Positions 38,688 to 48,210 of a stretch of 64,000 bases of DNA are shown here, one piece after another (within the stretch, counting starts at the first letter, position 1; every line of letters starts with the position of its first letter). Source of the DNA: a virus. Location: IMG/VR virus record IMGVR_UViG_3300020192_000008, positions 1-64,000 of that record. One strand, given 5' to 3'. The translations under genes were made by a program, and so were the position numbers. The notes beneath the pieces were generated by a model. It was not told the origin of the DNA. It searched no databases and worked only from the letters and a program-made list of their open reading frames with translations.

Positions 38688-38921
38688 TCAGCCCCTCTTC
38701 TTCTGTTCCTTCTTCACCACGTAGCTCGGTGGAAGGACGTTGACCGAGGCCATGCCGTCCTTCACGTACCCACGAAGAGCTCTTCGGACCTGGTCGGAGT
38801 CCTGCACCTCACAGCCCTCCCCTGGGTTGATGACCCAGCGGTGAACGATGATGGGCTGGTTCGACAGGCCTCGCTCCTTGAGCGCGGGCGTCTCGACGTC
38901 CGTCAGGTTGAAGATCTTCAC
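38688..38921 (-). CDS. hypothetical protein
   Basis: GTGA overlap with the upstream gene. Confidence 0.65.
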   Translation of the reverse strand: MKIFNLTDVETPALKERGLSNQPIIVHRWVINPGEGCEVQDSDQVRRALRGYVKDGMASVNVLPPSYVVKKEQKKRG

Positions 38922-39397
38922 CGGTTCTTCTTACCCTGGTGATGCTTGGGCAGGTCGTTCGTCGTCCTCTCGGACGGGAAGTCGATGGGAACGTCGATCG
39001 CAGCATCCGGAGGAGCCACGGGCATCGAGAAGTCGAAGGGTACCGGCTCGTCTTGGAGCAGAGGGCCCTTGAGCGTGGGCAGAACAGGATCGTTCTGGAC
39101 GCAGTCGACCTTCATGTCGGGAGCCTTGGGCTCGACAGAAGGGCTGGCTTCGAGTGTCTCGACATCGAAGGGGCGAAGGTCGAGGGTCGTGACCTCGAGT
39201 GTCCCACTCTTCACGCCGGCGCGGATCTCCTCGAGGTGAGTGAGAAGCATCTCCTCGTTGAGCTTCAGCGGCCTGCCACGGATGAGCCGGTGGTTGGCGT
39301 TGAGGACGTAGATACAGAGACCCTGGTGGGAGGCACGCGCTGCCCGGAGGTTGCGGTTAGCAATCGACCTGGAAGCATTATGCAGAAGTAGATCCAT
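38918..39397 (-). CDS. hypothetical protein
   Basis: ATG 39397 with SD AGGAG, downstream of the capsid terminator. Confidence 0.65.
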   Translation of the reverse strand: MDLLLHNASRSIANRNLRAARASHQGLCIYVLNANHRLIRGRPLKLNEEMLLTHLEEIRAGVKSGTLEVTTLDLRPFDVETLEASPSVEPKAPDMKVDCVQNDPVLPTLKGPLLQDEPVPFDFSMPVAPPDAAIDVPIDFPSERTTNDLPKHHQGKKNR

Positions 39398-39412
39398 GAG
39401 TTTTGTCTCCTG

Positions 39413-39453
39413 AAAGCCAAAGGGCGCCGGCACCACCCGGCACCGGCGCCCTT
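39413..39453 (-). terminator. hairpin after the major capsid gene
   Basis: AAGGGCGCCGG...CCGGCGCCCTT stem. Confidence 0.7.
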
Positions 39454-39481
39454 CGTCCTGGCTAGGACCAGCCTACCAGAC

Positions 39482-40603
39482 TCAGTAGGTCGTGATCTGC
39501 GGGAACCGCAGGCCCTGCTCGACCTTGTTGTTCACGGCGCCGATCGCATCCTCGGAGACCGGGATGAAGTTCTGCAGCAGCGAGTTGCTGTCCGTCACGG
39601 GGTTCGCATCGCCCGAGTACAGCTCGAGCTTGCGGACGGCCGCGATGTTGATCACGCCCATGCCGATGTCTTCCCAGGCCTGGAACGTGATGACGTTCGC
39701 GATCTTGTCGATGTAGAACTTCGTGTTGTTCAACACGTAGAACTTCCCGAAGAACTCAGGCTTGGTGAAGCAGTAGATGTTGCCCGGACGGAGGATGTCC
39801 GTCTTGATCGTGCGGATGTACGCACGGCCGAGCAGCGTGTTGTACTTGTAGCCATCGACCGTGGTCTCCGACTGCAGACGATCGCCGAAGTCCTCGACCG
39901 TCCACTGCAGGAGATCGTCCCAGTCGGTCTCCGTCATCAGCAGACGCTCAGCCCGCAGGCGGTTGCCGTCGAGCATCTTGAACAGGTTCACGATGTCGGG
40001 GCGCTGCACGGGGCGAACCACCGCGTTGTTGGCACCAGCCGTACGCGCGAGCTCACCCTTGCGGATCGAGAACTCGGCAACGGTGCCAGCGTTCGTGCTG
40101 GTGTAGTTGAGGGCAGTGGGGGTACCACCGTTGGCCTCGGTCTGAAGCGCTTGGCAAGCCGCCTCGATGTGGATCGTGAACTCGCGGTCCTCGATCTCCT
40201 GGATGTCCTTCACCGAGTTCTCCTCGATGATCTTCGTGATCGGCATCTCGTAGGCGAGCAGCTCCTGCTCGGTCTTCTGGAAGACCTCCGAGGCGATCGT
40301 GAAGAAGGCAATCTCTGCCTTCGGACCACGGATGAACCGTGCCGTGGGCTGGCCACGGAAGCTGATGCTCATGGCACGCGAGCGGGGCTCGACGTCCACG
40401 ATCTTCACCAGGGTGTCATGGTTGACGGACCGCTGACAGTCCGTGCGGGTGACCTGCTCCGGCGGCAGAACCTTGCGGGCGTAGCTGACTTCGCGCAGAC
40501 GGTCACGGATGTACGAACCGCCGTACTCCGCCACCTTCTCGCGACCTTCAGCCGACCCGAGCTTCGCCGTGAAGAGCTCATTCAGAACTCGTGCGGGGAC
40601 CAT
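39482..40603 (-). CDS. major capsid protein
   Basis: 373 aa, strong codon bias, follows protease/scaffold/decoration genes and precedes a terminator; REVSYARKVL and IQEIEDREF motifs. Confidence 0.8.
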   Translation of the reverse strand: MVPARVLNELFTAKLGSAEGREKVAEYGGSYIRDRLREVSYARKVLPPEQVTRTDCQRSVNHDTLVKIVDVEPRSRAMSISFRGQPTARFIRGPKAEIAFFTIASEVFQKTEQELLAYEMPITKIIEENSVKDIQEIEDREFTIHIEAACQALQTEANGGTPTALNYTSTNAGTVAEFSIRKGELARTAGANNAVVRPVQRPDIVNLFKMLDGNRLRAERLLMTETDWDDLLQWTVEDFGDRLQSETTVDGYKYNTLLGRAYIRTIKTDILRPGNIYCFTKPEFFGKFYVLNNTKFYIDKIANVITFQAWEDIGMGVINIAAVRKLELYSGDANPVTDSNSLLQNFIPVSEDAIGAVNNKVEQGLRFPQITTY

Positions 40604-40636
40604 ATTAGTTCTCCTTGTCCTTCTTCTTCTGGCAGC

Positions 40637-41194
40637 TCAGGTCGTGCCGTTACGGACGGCCCAACCCTGCATGAAACGCAGCTGACCGCTCGAGGGCAGC
40701 TTGGTGACGTATCCGACGACCGGGCCGTTGCTCGCGTAGCTCGAGCCGACGAGGCCCGAGAACTTGCGCGTGCCGCCCTCGGCCAGAGCGAGCGTGATGG
40801 TGCACACGCGCAGCGGCTGGAACAGCGTGGTGATGGCAGCGCCACCAGCCGCGCTCGACGCATCGTAGATGCGGGTGTTCCACTCGTACTGACCGAGCAT
40901 CAGCACGGGAACCTTCTTCTCGGCCGACGCCTGGATGTCGTACCGACCACGCTCAGCCCACAGGGGCATCGCGATGACAGTGGCCAGGGCGTCAGCAACG
41001 GTGACGTCGGTGGCGCGCTTGGCCTTGCCCTGCGAAGTACCCGGAGTCGAGTCGAGTGTGAGCCATTCGCCGTCGACAAGGCAAAGGGCGTTCATGGGGT
41101 TGACCAGCGTCGCATCAGCGAGCATCCAGTCACGACGGTGAGCCAGGTTGACGTCAGTCACAGGCTCGAAGTTGACCCTCTGGACAGTGGACAT
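40637..41194 (-). CDS. putative head decoration/cement protein
   Basis: Immediately upstream of the capsid gene; PVVGYVTK; SD AGGAG. Confidence 0.6.
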   Translation of the reverse strand: MSTVQRVNFEPVTDVNLAHRRDWMLADATLVNPMNALCLVDGEWLTLDSTPGTSQGKAKRATDVTVADALATVIAMPLWAERGRYDIQASAEKKVPVLMLGQYEWNTRIYDASSAAGGAAITTLFQPLRVCTITLALAEGGTRKFSGLVGSSYASNGPVVGYVTKLPSSGQLRFMQGWAVRNGTT

Positions 41195-41232
41195 AGTATC
41201 TCTCCTGTTGAACTAGGCTTGGCTTCGAGCCG

Positions 41233-41604
41233 TAAGCCGATGGTTCCGTGAAGGAACCGAATGAAGTCGGACGCCCCTTCGGGCGCCTGCGTGTCGTTGT
41301 TACCGCCGACCAGATGGCCGATCTTCTCGCCCATGTTCGGGCCCACGAGATCAACCGCCGCAGCGATCTTCTCGAGCTTGCCCTCCTCGGCCGCCTTCTC
41401 CATCTGGGCGACTAGGCTCTCGTAGGGGACATCCGACTGGATGCCCTTCTCGTGCATCGCCGAAGCGACCTTCTCGGCCTCTTCGTGACGCATGCGGGCC
41501 TGGGCTTCCTTCTTCCAGAAGTCCCTTTCCCCGGCGAGTTGGGTGATCGCGGAAGCGCTCTTGGTGAGGAGGTCCTGGACCTGCGCGCTGCTCAGCTTGT
41601 TCAT
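41233..41604 (-). CDS. putative scaffold-related protein (123 aa), TTA-terminated
   Basis: ATG 41604 after GGGGAG; in-frame TTA at 41235-41233, upstream of the next gene's SD. Confidence 0.65.
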
Positions 41605-41606
41605 GT

Positions 41607-43064
41607 TCAGCACTCCCCGCCGTCGAAGGCGTTCTTCTCGCGCCTGGGCGAATCTTTGCGCGTCTCTTTGTCCGCCTCGGAGGCGATCTTCTGGAGAAGC
41701 ATCTGGGCTGCCGCTTGCGCCGTCTGGTCAGAGGCGAGCTTGTGGCCAGCCTCTCCCGAGTGGGCGAACGCCTGCTGCAGCGTGGTGTCGGTGGCCTGCG
41801 TGAGAGCAGGCTCGTTGAAGTACTTGCCCAGCTCCGCTTTGCGGAGGCTGTAAGCCGAGTTGCGCTTGAGGTTGATGGCCGCCTCGTTCGAGGAGATCAT
41901 CGAGGTCTGGCTGCCGTAGCCGCCGGCGACAGGCTGACCGCCAGGCTCACCCGAGGCAGACGACTGGGGAGGCGTTGCCGCACCGCCGCCAGAGATCTGA
42001 GCCGGGTTGATGGCGTCTTCTGCCTGCTTGCGGAGACCGATGAGAGCATTGGCGAGAGACGCGCTCGCTGCCTTCTCCTCGGGCATCTCTTCATGGCGAG
42101 CGTTGAACGCCGTGTGGCCACCGAGAGCGCCAAGTGCGGTGTTGAGACCAACGCCGCCCTTGAGTGCGCCCATCGCAGCTTCACGAAGGTTGCCAGCACC
42201 CTGCATGCCCCGAAGAGCACCGATTGCCGAACCACCGAGAGCACCACGAGCAGCTGCGCCATCAGCCGAGTCAGCTCCGTAGCCGGCAAGAGCACCAGCC
42301 CCGCCGTATGCGAGACCCTTGCCGAGACCAGCAGCGGCACCACCGAGACCACCGAGTGCAGCTCCACCAGCTCCGCCCATGGCACCACGGCCAAGCATCG
42401 AAGCCTCGCTGCCCATCAGTCTCTCACCAAGAGCGCTGCCTGCTCCGCCCATGGCACCGAGGGCGCCACCTGCGAGAGCTCCACCACCAGCCCCGAGAGC
42501 GGCAGTCGTACCAGCTGAACGCATCACCGCGTTACGGAGACGCTCCGAGTCTTCCATCGCCTCTGGGTCTTCTTCCGCAACCTTCGACAGGGCGCGAGCA
42601 ACCTTCAGCTTCGCCGATGCGGTCTTGCCGCCACCGGAGAGAGCTGTCTGCTGCTGACCAGAACCGCCGGGGGGCGAGTCCATGGTGTTCTGCATCTGGT
42701 TGGCAGGGCCCGTGTTGGACGCCTGCATCCCCGGGTTCATCGGGGGCTGAGCGTGACCCTTGCCCTGGCCACCGGGGCCGGGGGGAGACTCACCACTCGT
42801 CGACTGGGAGACAGCGAGCGCGTTCGGGCCGGTACCAGGACCGATGTCCGAAGCCTGCTTGATCTGACCAGCCGCCCAGGCACATGCCTCCGCCAGCTTC
42901 TCAGCGTAGTCGGTGGGGATGCTCTGGTTGTCCTGCGTGTTGATGGGGGCAGCGGAAGCAGTCTTCTCGTGCCGAGCTGCCTCTGAGCGAACCATCCGCT
43001 CAGTAGCCCCTGCCATCGCTTCCTTGACGAGGTCTTGGAGCAGACCGCGATTGTGGGTTGGCAT
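41607..43064 (-). CDS. putative virion internal/scaffold protein
   Basis: Many K-x-A motifs, glycine zippers. Confidence 0.65.
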   Translation of the reverse strand: MPTHNRGLLQDLVKEAMAGATERMVRSEAARHEKTASAAPINTQDNQSIPTDYAEKLAEACAWAAGQIKQASDIGPGTGPNALAVSQSTSGESPPGPGGQGKGHAQPPMNPGMQASNTGPANQMQNTMDSPPGGSGQQQTALSGGGKTASAKLKVARALSKVAEEDPEAMEDSERLRNAVMRSAGTTAALGAGGGALAGGALGAMGGAGSALGERLMGSEASMLGRGAMGGAGGAALGGLGGAAAGLGKGLAYGGAGALAGYGADSADGAAARGALGGSAIGALRGMQGAGNLREAAMGALKGGVGLNTALGALGGHTAFNARHEEMPEEKAASASLANALIGLRKQAEDAINPAQISGGGAATPPQSSASGEPGGQPVAGGYGSQTSMISSNEAAINLKRNSAYSLRKAELGKYFNEPALTQATDTTLQQAFAHSGEAGHKLASDQTAQAAAQMLLQKIASEADKETRKDSPRREKNAFDGGEC

Positions 43065-43148
43065 TATTGATTCCTCTGAAGAAGTAGAGCGACGGTGGGG
43101 GGAGGTGGAGGAAGGGGCCGGGCTTTCACCCGGCCCCCTCCTGGTCGA

Positions 43149-44003
43149 TCACTCGTTCCAGGTGACCGGGTAGCCGGCAGCCTCGAGCAGCTCGATCGAG
43201 CGGACATCAACCGCCGACTCGAGGTCGGGAGCCGAAGCCACCTTCACGCTGTCGCTCTCCGAGACGCCGAGGGTCAGCACCGAGAAGACACGCTGAGCGG
43301 CCTCGTCGGCATCCCAACCAGCCGACGCGGCCTTCTCGACCGCCAGCTCACTGGCCAGATCGTCGAGAGCCGAGCCCTCTTTGACCTTGTCGTGAACCTT
43401 CTTCGCGCCGTAGGCCGCACCGCCAGCAGCTGCTGCACCAGCGGCGTGAATAGCTGCACCAACCGCCTTGGACTTGCCCTCACTCGCTTTCCAGCCGGCC
43501 TTGTGGGACGTGCGGTCGGCTGCGTTCATCGCACGGCGACCAGTGGCCTCCATGTGCGTGGAGACCCCCTCGCTGACCCTCTTGCCGATGTGGCTGAGAG
43601 GCGCCTTGAGGCGATCGATGAACTTCGATCCGTCTGCTGGGGCCTTGCCGGCGATCTTGGTGAGCTCCTGGACGTAGGCATGAGCCATCACGCGACCGAG
43701 GTAGTCGGCTTCGGCAACCTTCGCCATGGCCTCCTTCTTCTCCTCGTGCTCTTCCTTCGCCTTCTCGACCTTCTCCTCTTTCTCCTCTTTCTCGCCCTCG
43801 TCCTCGGCGAGCTTGTTCATGTTCTCGACCCACTGGCCGTAGATGCCACGAACCTGGGCATCGGGCATCGAGTTGAGGTCGAGGCCATTGGCCTCTGCCG
43901 TCTTGACGAAGAGGTCGACGGAAGCGTCCTTCTCGAAGGCTTCCTGCTGGGCGCTGGAGTTGCCGGTTCCGTAGTGGGCGGCGAGGAGTTCGTTCATGCT
44001 CAT
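43149..44003 (-). CDS. putative scaffolding protein
   Basis: Glu/Lys-rich helical protein with many K-x-A motifs, downstream of the protease. Confidence 0.6.
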   Translation of the reverse strand: MSMNELLAAHYGTGNSSAQQEAFEKDASVDLFVKTAEANGLDLNSMPDAQVRGIYGQWVENMNKLAEDEGEKEEKEEKVEKAKEEHEEKKEAMAKVAEADYLGRVMAHAYVQELTKIAGKAPADGSKFIDRLKAPLSHIGKRVSEGVSTHMEATGRRAMNAADRTSHKAGWKASEGKSKAVGAAIHAAGAAAAGGAAYGAKKVHDKVKEGSALDDLASELAVEKAASAGWDADEAAQRVFSVLTLGVSESDSVKVASAPDLESAVDVRSIELLEAAGYPVTWNE

Positions 44004-44093
44004 GGTGGTGTCCCTTGGTTCTTGATCAGTTGAGGATTACGCGCTGCGTGTTCCTCGAGGGGGAACCCCTCTCCACGCCGGCTTTCGCCCGAG

Positions 44094-45743
44094 TTACAGA
44101 AGGCCCCCGTAGATGTCAGCGCCCAACTCGTCCCAGAAAGCGTCCCGCAGATAGTGGACCGTGAGGGGAGTGAAGAGCTGATCAACTGGTGCCGACGCCA
44201 GCTTACTGAACTCACTACCCCTTGGGGCAGATGCGTTCAGAAGTCCTTGTGCGCCGCTCACCAGATCCATGAGAGTTGTTCGGTACCCGTTGTAGGCAGC
44301 TCCTATCTTACGCAGCACTTCTGAGGGATGGGAAGAAGAGGCCCTCTTCTCACCCCCGTCGCTCTTCTTCATCACAAGTACACGATGCTCAATCGCAGGC
44401 GCGAGAGCAGAGCGTGATTCCATGAGAGGGAGAAGAAGTCTTGCAAGTGAAGGAAGGAAGGAAGCGTGGCCGAGAGACATACTCTCAGTATCTTTCGATC
44501 TGGGGAAGACGATGTTCCGACGATCAAAGTCGTCAGCCATGTCTCTCCGTCCGATCTGAATCAAGACGATACGCTGAAACTCCCTGGGACGAAGAACGAT
44601 GCCCAAACCACCAGAAGTAGACAGGGAGCTGGGCAGGTCATGTTTCCCGAGTGCATCAAGCACATCATCAGGCAAATCTTCTTCTTCTCTCGACAGAGTG
44701 GCCACCGCCTTGCCAGCGAACTGGCTCGGCACAATGTCCTTGATGATCTCACTCTTCTTGAGCTTCGCGTCCTTGTATTGGAACGCTTCCTTGAAGATTG
44801 ACTCGTTGAGAGAAGCCGTCTTTTCCCCAACGGTCATCTCGTCGTAGCCGAGCTTCTCCGCCTCATAGGCAGAAGAGCCGAACGAATAGACGCGCCCCTC
44901 AGACGCGATCTTCATCATCGTCTTGGCTGTCTTGTCAGCCCCGATGAAGACGAAAGAGATGTCGAAGAACTTCGGGAAGTCGTTGTAGACGTACACCTTC
45001 CGGCCATCGGCCAGAATCTTGTTCATCTGATTGCGAGCGTGCTCGCAATAGTCCTTCCGAGTGATCGACACGCCCCGGATAGGGGTCTTCTTATGGATGG
45101 CGAGGATGGCCTGGCCCGGAGACGCGTGCTTCTTCGGGTCGAAGGTGGCAGCCGCCTCGTGGTACCGCTTCCAATCGAGGCAGATGGAGCACGTATCGAA
45201 GGGCACCTTGCAGCCCATCGAGACATCCGGAAACATGCCCTGGCTGAGCTTGTCCCAGACCTGCGTGCCCCCGTACTCCTGGCACTTGAGCTTATCGACC
45301 CGAGTAACGAGCTCGACGCGCTTGAGCCTCGGGTGCCAGACAGCCAGCTCCACCTCACCGAAGGCGCGGCCTGCGTCCTTGTTGCGATGGTGGGCGTAGG
45401 GGTGGGCTGAATAGAAGGTCGGGTAGCCGTACGCCCAATCCTTCGCCTTGATCTTGTCGAGCAAAGGGTTGCCCGTCCAATCATCAGGGCGATGGATCAG
45501 GGCAGCTTCTGGGAAGTGATCGCCGTTGACATTGGAGCCGAAGAACTCTCCGGCCCCCATGGCATTGACGAGGTTGTACGCTGCATCATTCCGGGGCCTG
45601 AGCGACTCGATATACTTGACGACGTCAGGAAGAAGTGTGGCTGATGCGGTCTTCTCGAAGTACGCATCAGACGCTTTGTTGAAGAGCGGGATGACCGTTG
45701 GGCCAGTCTCGCTCTCACCCCAGTATGTGCAGAGCTTGTACAT
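44094..45743 (-). CDS. prohead (capsid maturation) protease
   Basis: NVNGDHF, YAHH, DVSMGC and FFDISFV motifs typical of assemblin/HK97-type head proteases; position upstream of the capsid gene. Confidence 0.75.
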   Translation of the reverse strand: MYKLCTYWGESETGPTVIPLFNKASDAYFEKTASATLLPDVVKYIESLRPRNDAAYNLVNAMGAGEFFGSNVNGDHFPEAALIHRPDDWTGNPLLDKIKAKDWAYGYPTFYSAHPYAHHRNKDAGRAFGEVELAVWHPRLKRVELVTRVDKLKCQEYGGTQVWDKLSQGMFPDVSMGCKVPFDTCSICLDWKRYHEAAATFDPKKHASPGQAILAIHKKTPIRGVSITRKDYCEHARNQMNKILADGRKVYVYNDFPKFFDISFVFIGADKTAKTMMKIASEGRVYSFGSSAYEAEKLGYDEMTVGEKTASLNESIFKEAFQYKDAKLKKSEIIKDIVPSQFAGKAVATLSREEEDLPDDVLDALGKHDLPSSLSTSGGLGIVLRPREFQRIVLIQIGRRDMADDFDRRNIVFPRSKDTESMSLGHASFLPSLARLLLPLMESRSALAPAIEHRVLVMKKSDGGEKRASSSHPSEVLRKIGAAYNGYRTTLMDLVSGAQGLLNASAPRGSEFSKLASAPVDQLFTPLTVHYLRDAFWDELGADIYGGLL

Positions 45744-46282
45744 AAGGGGCCCTGACCGCCCTTGTTGTTGCGGCGCTGGTAGGGCTTGGCGACGACCTTG
45801 GGCTTGAGCGACTCGGCGAACGAGTTACCTGCGTGCTCACCACCCCTACGCCACGAATCAGCCATGGGGGACTTGAACTTGTCGGAGGCCGACAGGCTCT
45901 CGGTGAGGATGCCACCGGCTGACATGGGGTTGTCGGCCATGCGGCGCAGATAGGTCCCGGCGACGATCGGGTCCTTGGCGAAGTTCGGATTCATGTTCCG
46001 AAGCGACGAGTACATCTGGTTGAACATCTTCGGGTCGCGCTCGTGATGCTCATGCAGGTCCGGGTTCAGTTCCAAGATCTGCTTGAAGTCGTGCGACTTG
46101 GTGGCCGCATCGTAGATCTTGCCAGCGGCCATGCCGGCGCCGGCGAAGGCAACTCCGGCAGCAGCCATCCCAAGACCCTGCGTCATCGCATGGCCGAAGC
46201 CCTTGGCAGCTTCACCACCGAAGGCGACCTTCTCCTGGGGCTCGCCGTACTGGGCGTAGAAGTCATCGAGGGGGTTAGACAT
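45743..46282 (-). CDS. hypothetical virion protein (179 aa), TTA-terminated
   Basis: EKVAF motif; in-frame TTA overlaps the protease ATG (TTATG). Confidence 0.7.
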
Positions 46283-47478
46283 CAGCCGCCTCCGCTCTGG
46301 AGCATCTGCTCGAGGTAGTTGTGCTCTTGCGTCCCAGGGATGGCGGCCAGCGTTTGGTACTTCGCCTTCTGGAACGTGGGGTCGTACTTGAGGTTCCGGC
46401 GGTAGGCCTCGTGGGCCAAGACAGCGGGGGCAGCGACAGCGCCGACTTGGGCTGCAGTGCCGAAGCCCTGGCCTTTGCCCTTACCCATGAGCACTTCACC
46501 GACAGCCCTGCCCCCCTTGCCCGCGTACTCGACGCCCTTCTTGGCAGCGTTGACGCCCTTCATGAGCAGGCCTTCACTGGCTGCTCGCTTCACGAAGGAG
46601 GTGAGCACGTCGAGGTTGTCCTTGACGTAGTCGCGCTCTGTTCGGAGGGAGGCCACCTTGGTCAGCACTTCGCAGTAGTCCTGGAAGTCTTTGATCAGAG
46701 GGTGCTCGGGGTTGGGGTTACCAACCGAGGCCGTCTTCTCGATCGACTCGACCATGTCTACCTGCGAGCGGAAGACACCGTTCTCCATCAGCTCCGGGAG
46801 GACCTGACGGAAGGCGACCTTCACGTACTCACCCGTAGGCGCGAAGTTCTCCCAGATCTGAGCGACCTCGCCGAGGCTGTGACCAGAGAGGGCAGCCTGC
46901 TTGACGTTGTAGAAGTTCCTCGTTCGGAGGTCGTCGTACATCGTCTCGAGGCCGGAGATATGAGCGGTCAGGCTCTCGTAGGAGGAGGCGAGCTTGTCGC
47001 GCAGGGCAATAGCATCACCGAGGGGGTTCTCGTCTGGCAGGGCACTGGCCTCCTTGCCGAACATGTCCTCGAGCTCTCGCTCATGAAAACGCGATGCCTT
47101 CTTCTCCTTGGCAGGAGGGGGCTGGCTGTAGTCGCTCGAGCCACGGCTGAAGTGGGCAACGCCGGCGCTCTTGTTGAGCTCCTGCAGAACGTACCCAGGG
47201 CTCGCCGGCTCCTGGCCGCCGAAGTCCACGACCTTGTGGCCAGCCTCGCCGGCTTTGGAGAACTCGGTGAGGTAGGCGTCCGTGTTGGCGAACTCAACAA
47301 CACGCTTGATCTGTTCGGCCGACAGACTCGCTGTCTTCACGGTCTGTACGACCGCCTCGTTGAGAGTGGAGTATCGCCCCTCGGACCAGCGCGCAGCCGC
47401 GTGCTTGCCCAGAACCTGGAGCTGCTCGCCGTCCATTCGGCGAGCCTTCATCTGCTGCAGCAAACCGTGGTCTGACAT
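46282..47478 (-). CDS. putative head-associated protein
   Basis: K-x-A motifs; QIKRVVEFAN; TGATG coupling. Confidence 0.7.
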   Translation of the reverse strand: MSDHGLLQQMKARRMDGEQLQVLGKHAAARWSEGRYSTLNEAVVQTVKTASLSAEQIKRVVEFANTDAYLTEFSKAGEAGHKVVDFGGQEPASPGYVLQELNKSAGVAHFSRGSSDYSQPPPAKEKKASRFHERELEDMFGKEASALPDENPLGDAIALRDKLASSYESLTAHISGLETMYDDLRTRNFYNVKQAALSGHSLGEVAQIWENFAPTGEYVKVAFRQVLPELMENGVFRSQVDMVESIEKTASVGNPNPEHPLIKDFQDYCEVLTKVASLRTERDYVKDNLDVLTSFVKRAASEGLLMKGVNAAKKGVEYAGKGGRAVGEVLMGKGKGQGFGTAAQVGAVAAPAVLAHEAYRRNLKYDPTFQKAKYQTLAAIPGTQEHNYLEQMLQSGGG

Positions 47479-47514
47479 TCACTGCTCCTTCAAGAATCCG
47501 TTACAAGAAGTACC

Positions 47515-48210
47515 ATGGATAAAAAACTCATGGGAAGCTGGCCCCGGCTGGTCTCCGTGCTGGAAGCAGCCGAGATGCTTTCGGTTTCTGTCGATCAAGT
47601 CCATCGCTGGAACCGGGATGGTCTACTAGAGGCTGAGTACCCAGAGGGAAGAAGAGGGGGGAAGTACTTCCAGACGGAAGACATCCAGACCCTCATAGAA
47701 GCTCGGGCCAGCAAGACGCTCTCTGACCATGATGTGAAGATTCTAGCCCTTCAGTCTCTGGTCTCCTCCAAGAGGGCAGAACGAAAACTCGATGAGCTGC
47801 TTGGGATGCTCGGTGTTTCGGACGTGAAGCTCGGTACCTCGAGGGAGGAGGTCTTGGCTTTCTTCGTCGAGGTAGAGGACGAGATCAAGGAGGGTGAGCC
47901 GCTCCTACCCGAGGAGGCGATCGGCTGGGCCAAGCGGATGCTGGGCATCACCGAGGAGTACCTGGAGCTAGTGAAGGAGCACACGTTCATGCTCGAGCCC
48001 TGGGTCCCGTACATGCAGCTCTCCAAGAAGCTGCACGACAAGTTCCCAGCAGGGCAGGCAGGGGCCTACCTCTCTCACGCCATCCGTAATCTTCGGCACA
48101 CGGCGTACTTCTACGTGCGTCGGGCGGATGGGGTGAGAGAGGCGACGAAGCGCTTTCCCGAGGGTGGCGTGACGAGCCAGCTCCTCGGGATCATGTTTCC
48201 GAAGAGCTAA
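47515..48210 (+). CDS. MerR/Xis-type helix-turn-helix DNA-binding protein
   Basis: VSVLEAAEMLSVSVDQVHRWNRDGLL...KYFQTEDI. Confidence 0.75.
   Translation: MDKKLMGSWPRLVSVLEAAEMLSVSVDQVHRWNRDGLLEAEYPEGRRGGKYFQTEDIQTLIEARASKTLSDHDVKILALQSLVSSKRAERKLDELLGMLGVSDVKLGTSREEVLAFFVEVEDEIKEGEPLLPEEAIGWAKRMLGITEEYLELVKEHTFMLEPWVPYMQLSKKLHDKFPAGQAGAYLSHAIRNLRHTAYFYVRRADGVREATKRFPEGGVTSQLLGIMFPKS

Noticed and set aside
47968-48207. C-terminal extensions and fusions in the ORF track (TerL 1046 aa, 893 aa, 648 aa, 261 aa, 254 aa, 155 aa, 151 aa, 120 aa, 95 aa)
   Set aside because: Each extension begins at an in-frame TTA and overlaps another gene or fuses two genes; they are best explained as artefacts of standard-code translation
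7990-48210. Alternative: TTA codons are sequencing errors of TAA/TGA
   Set aside because: Ten identical errors are implausible, and at three sites the same bases form the TAA of the opposite-strand gene
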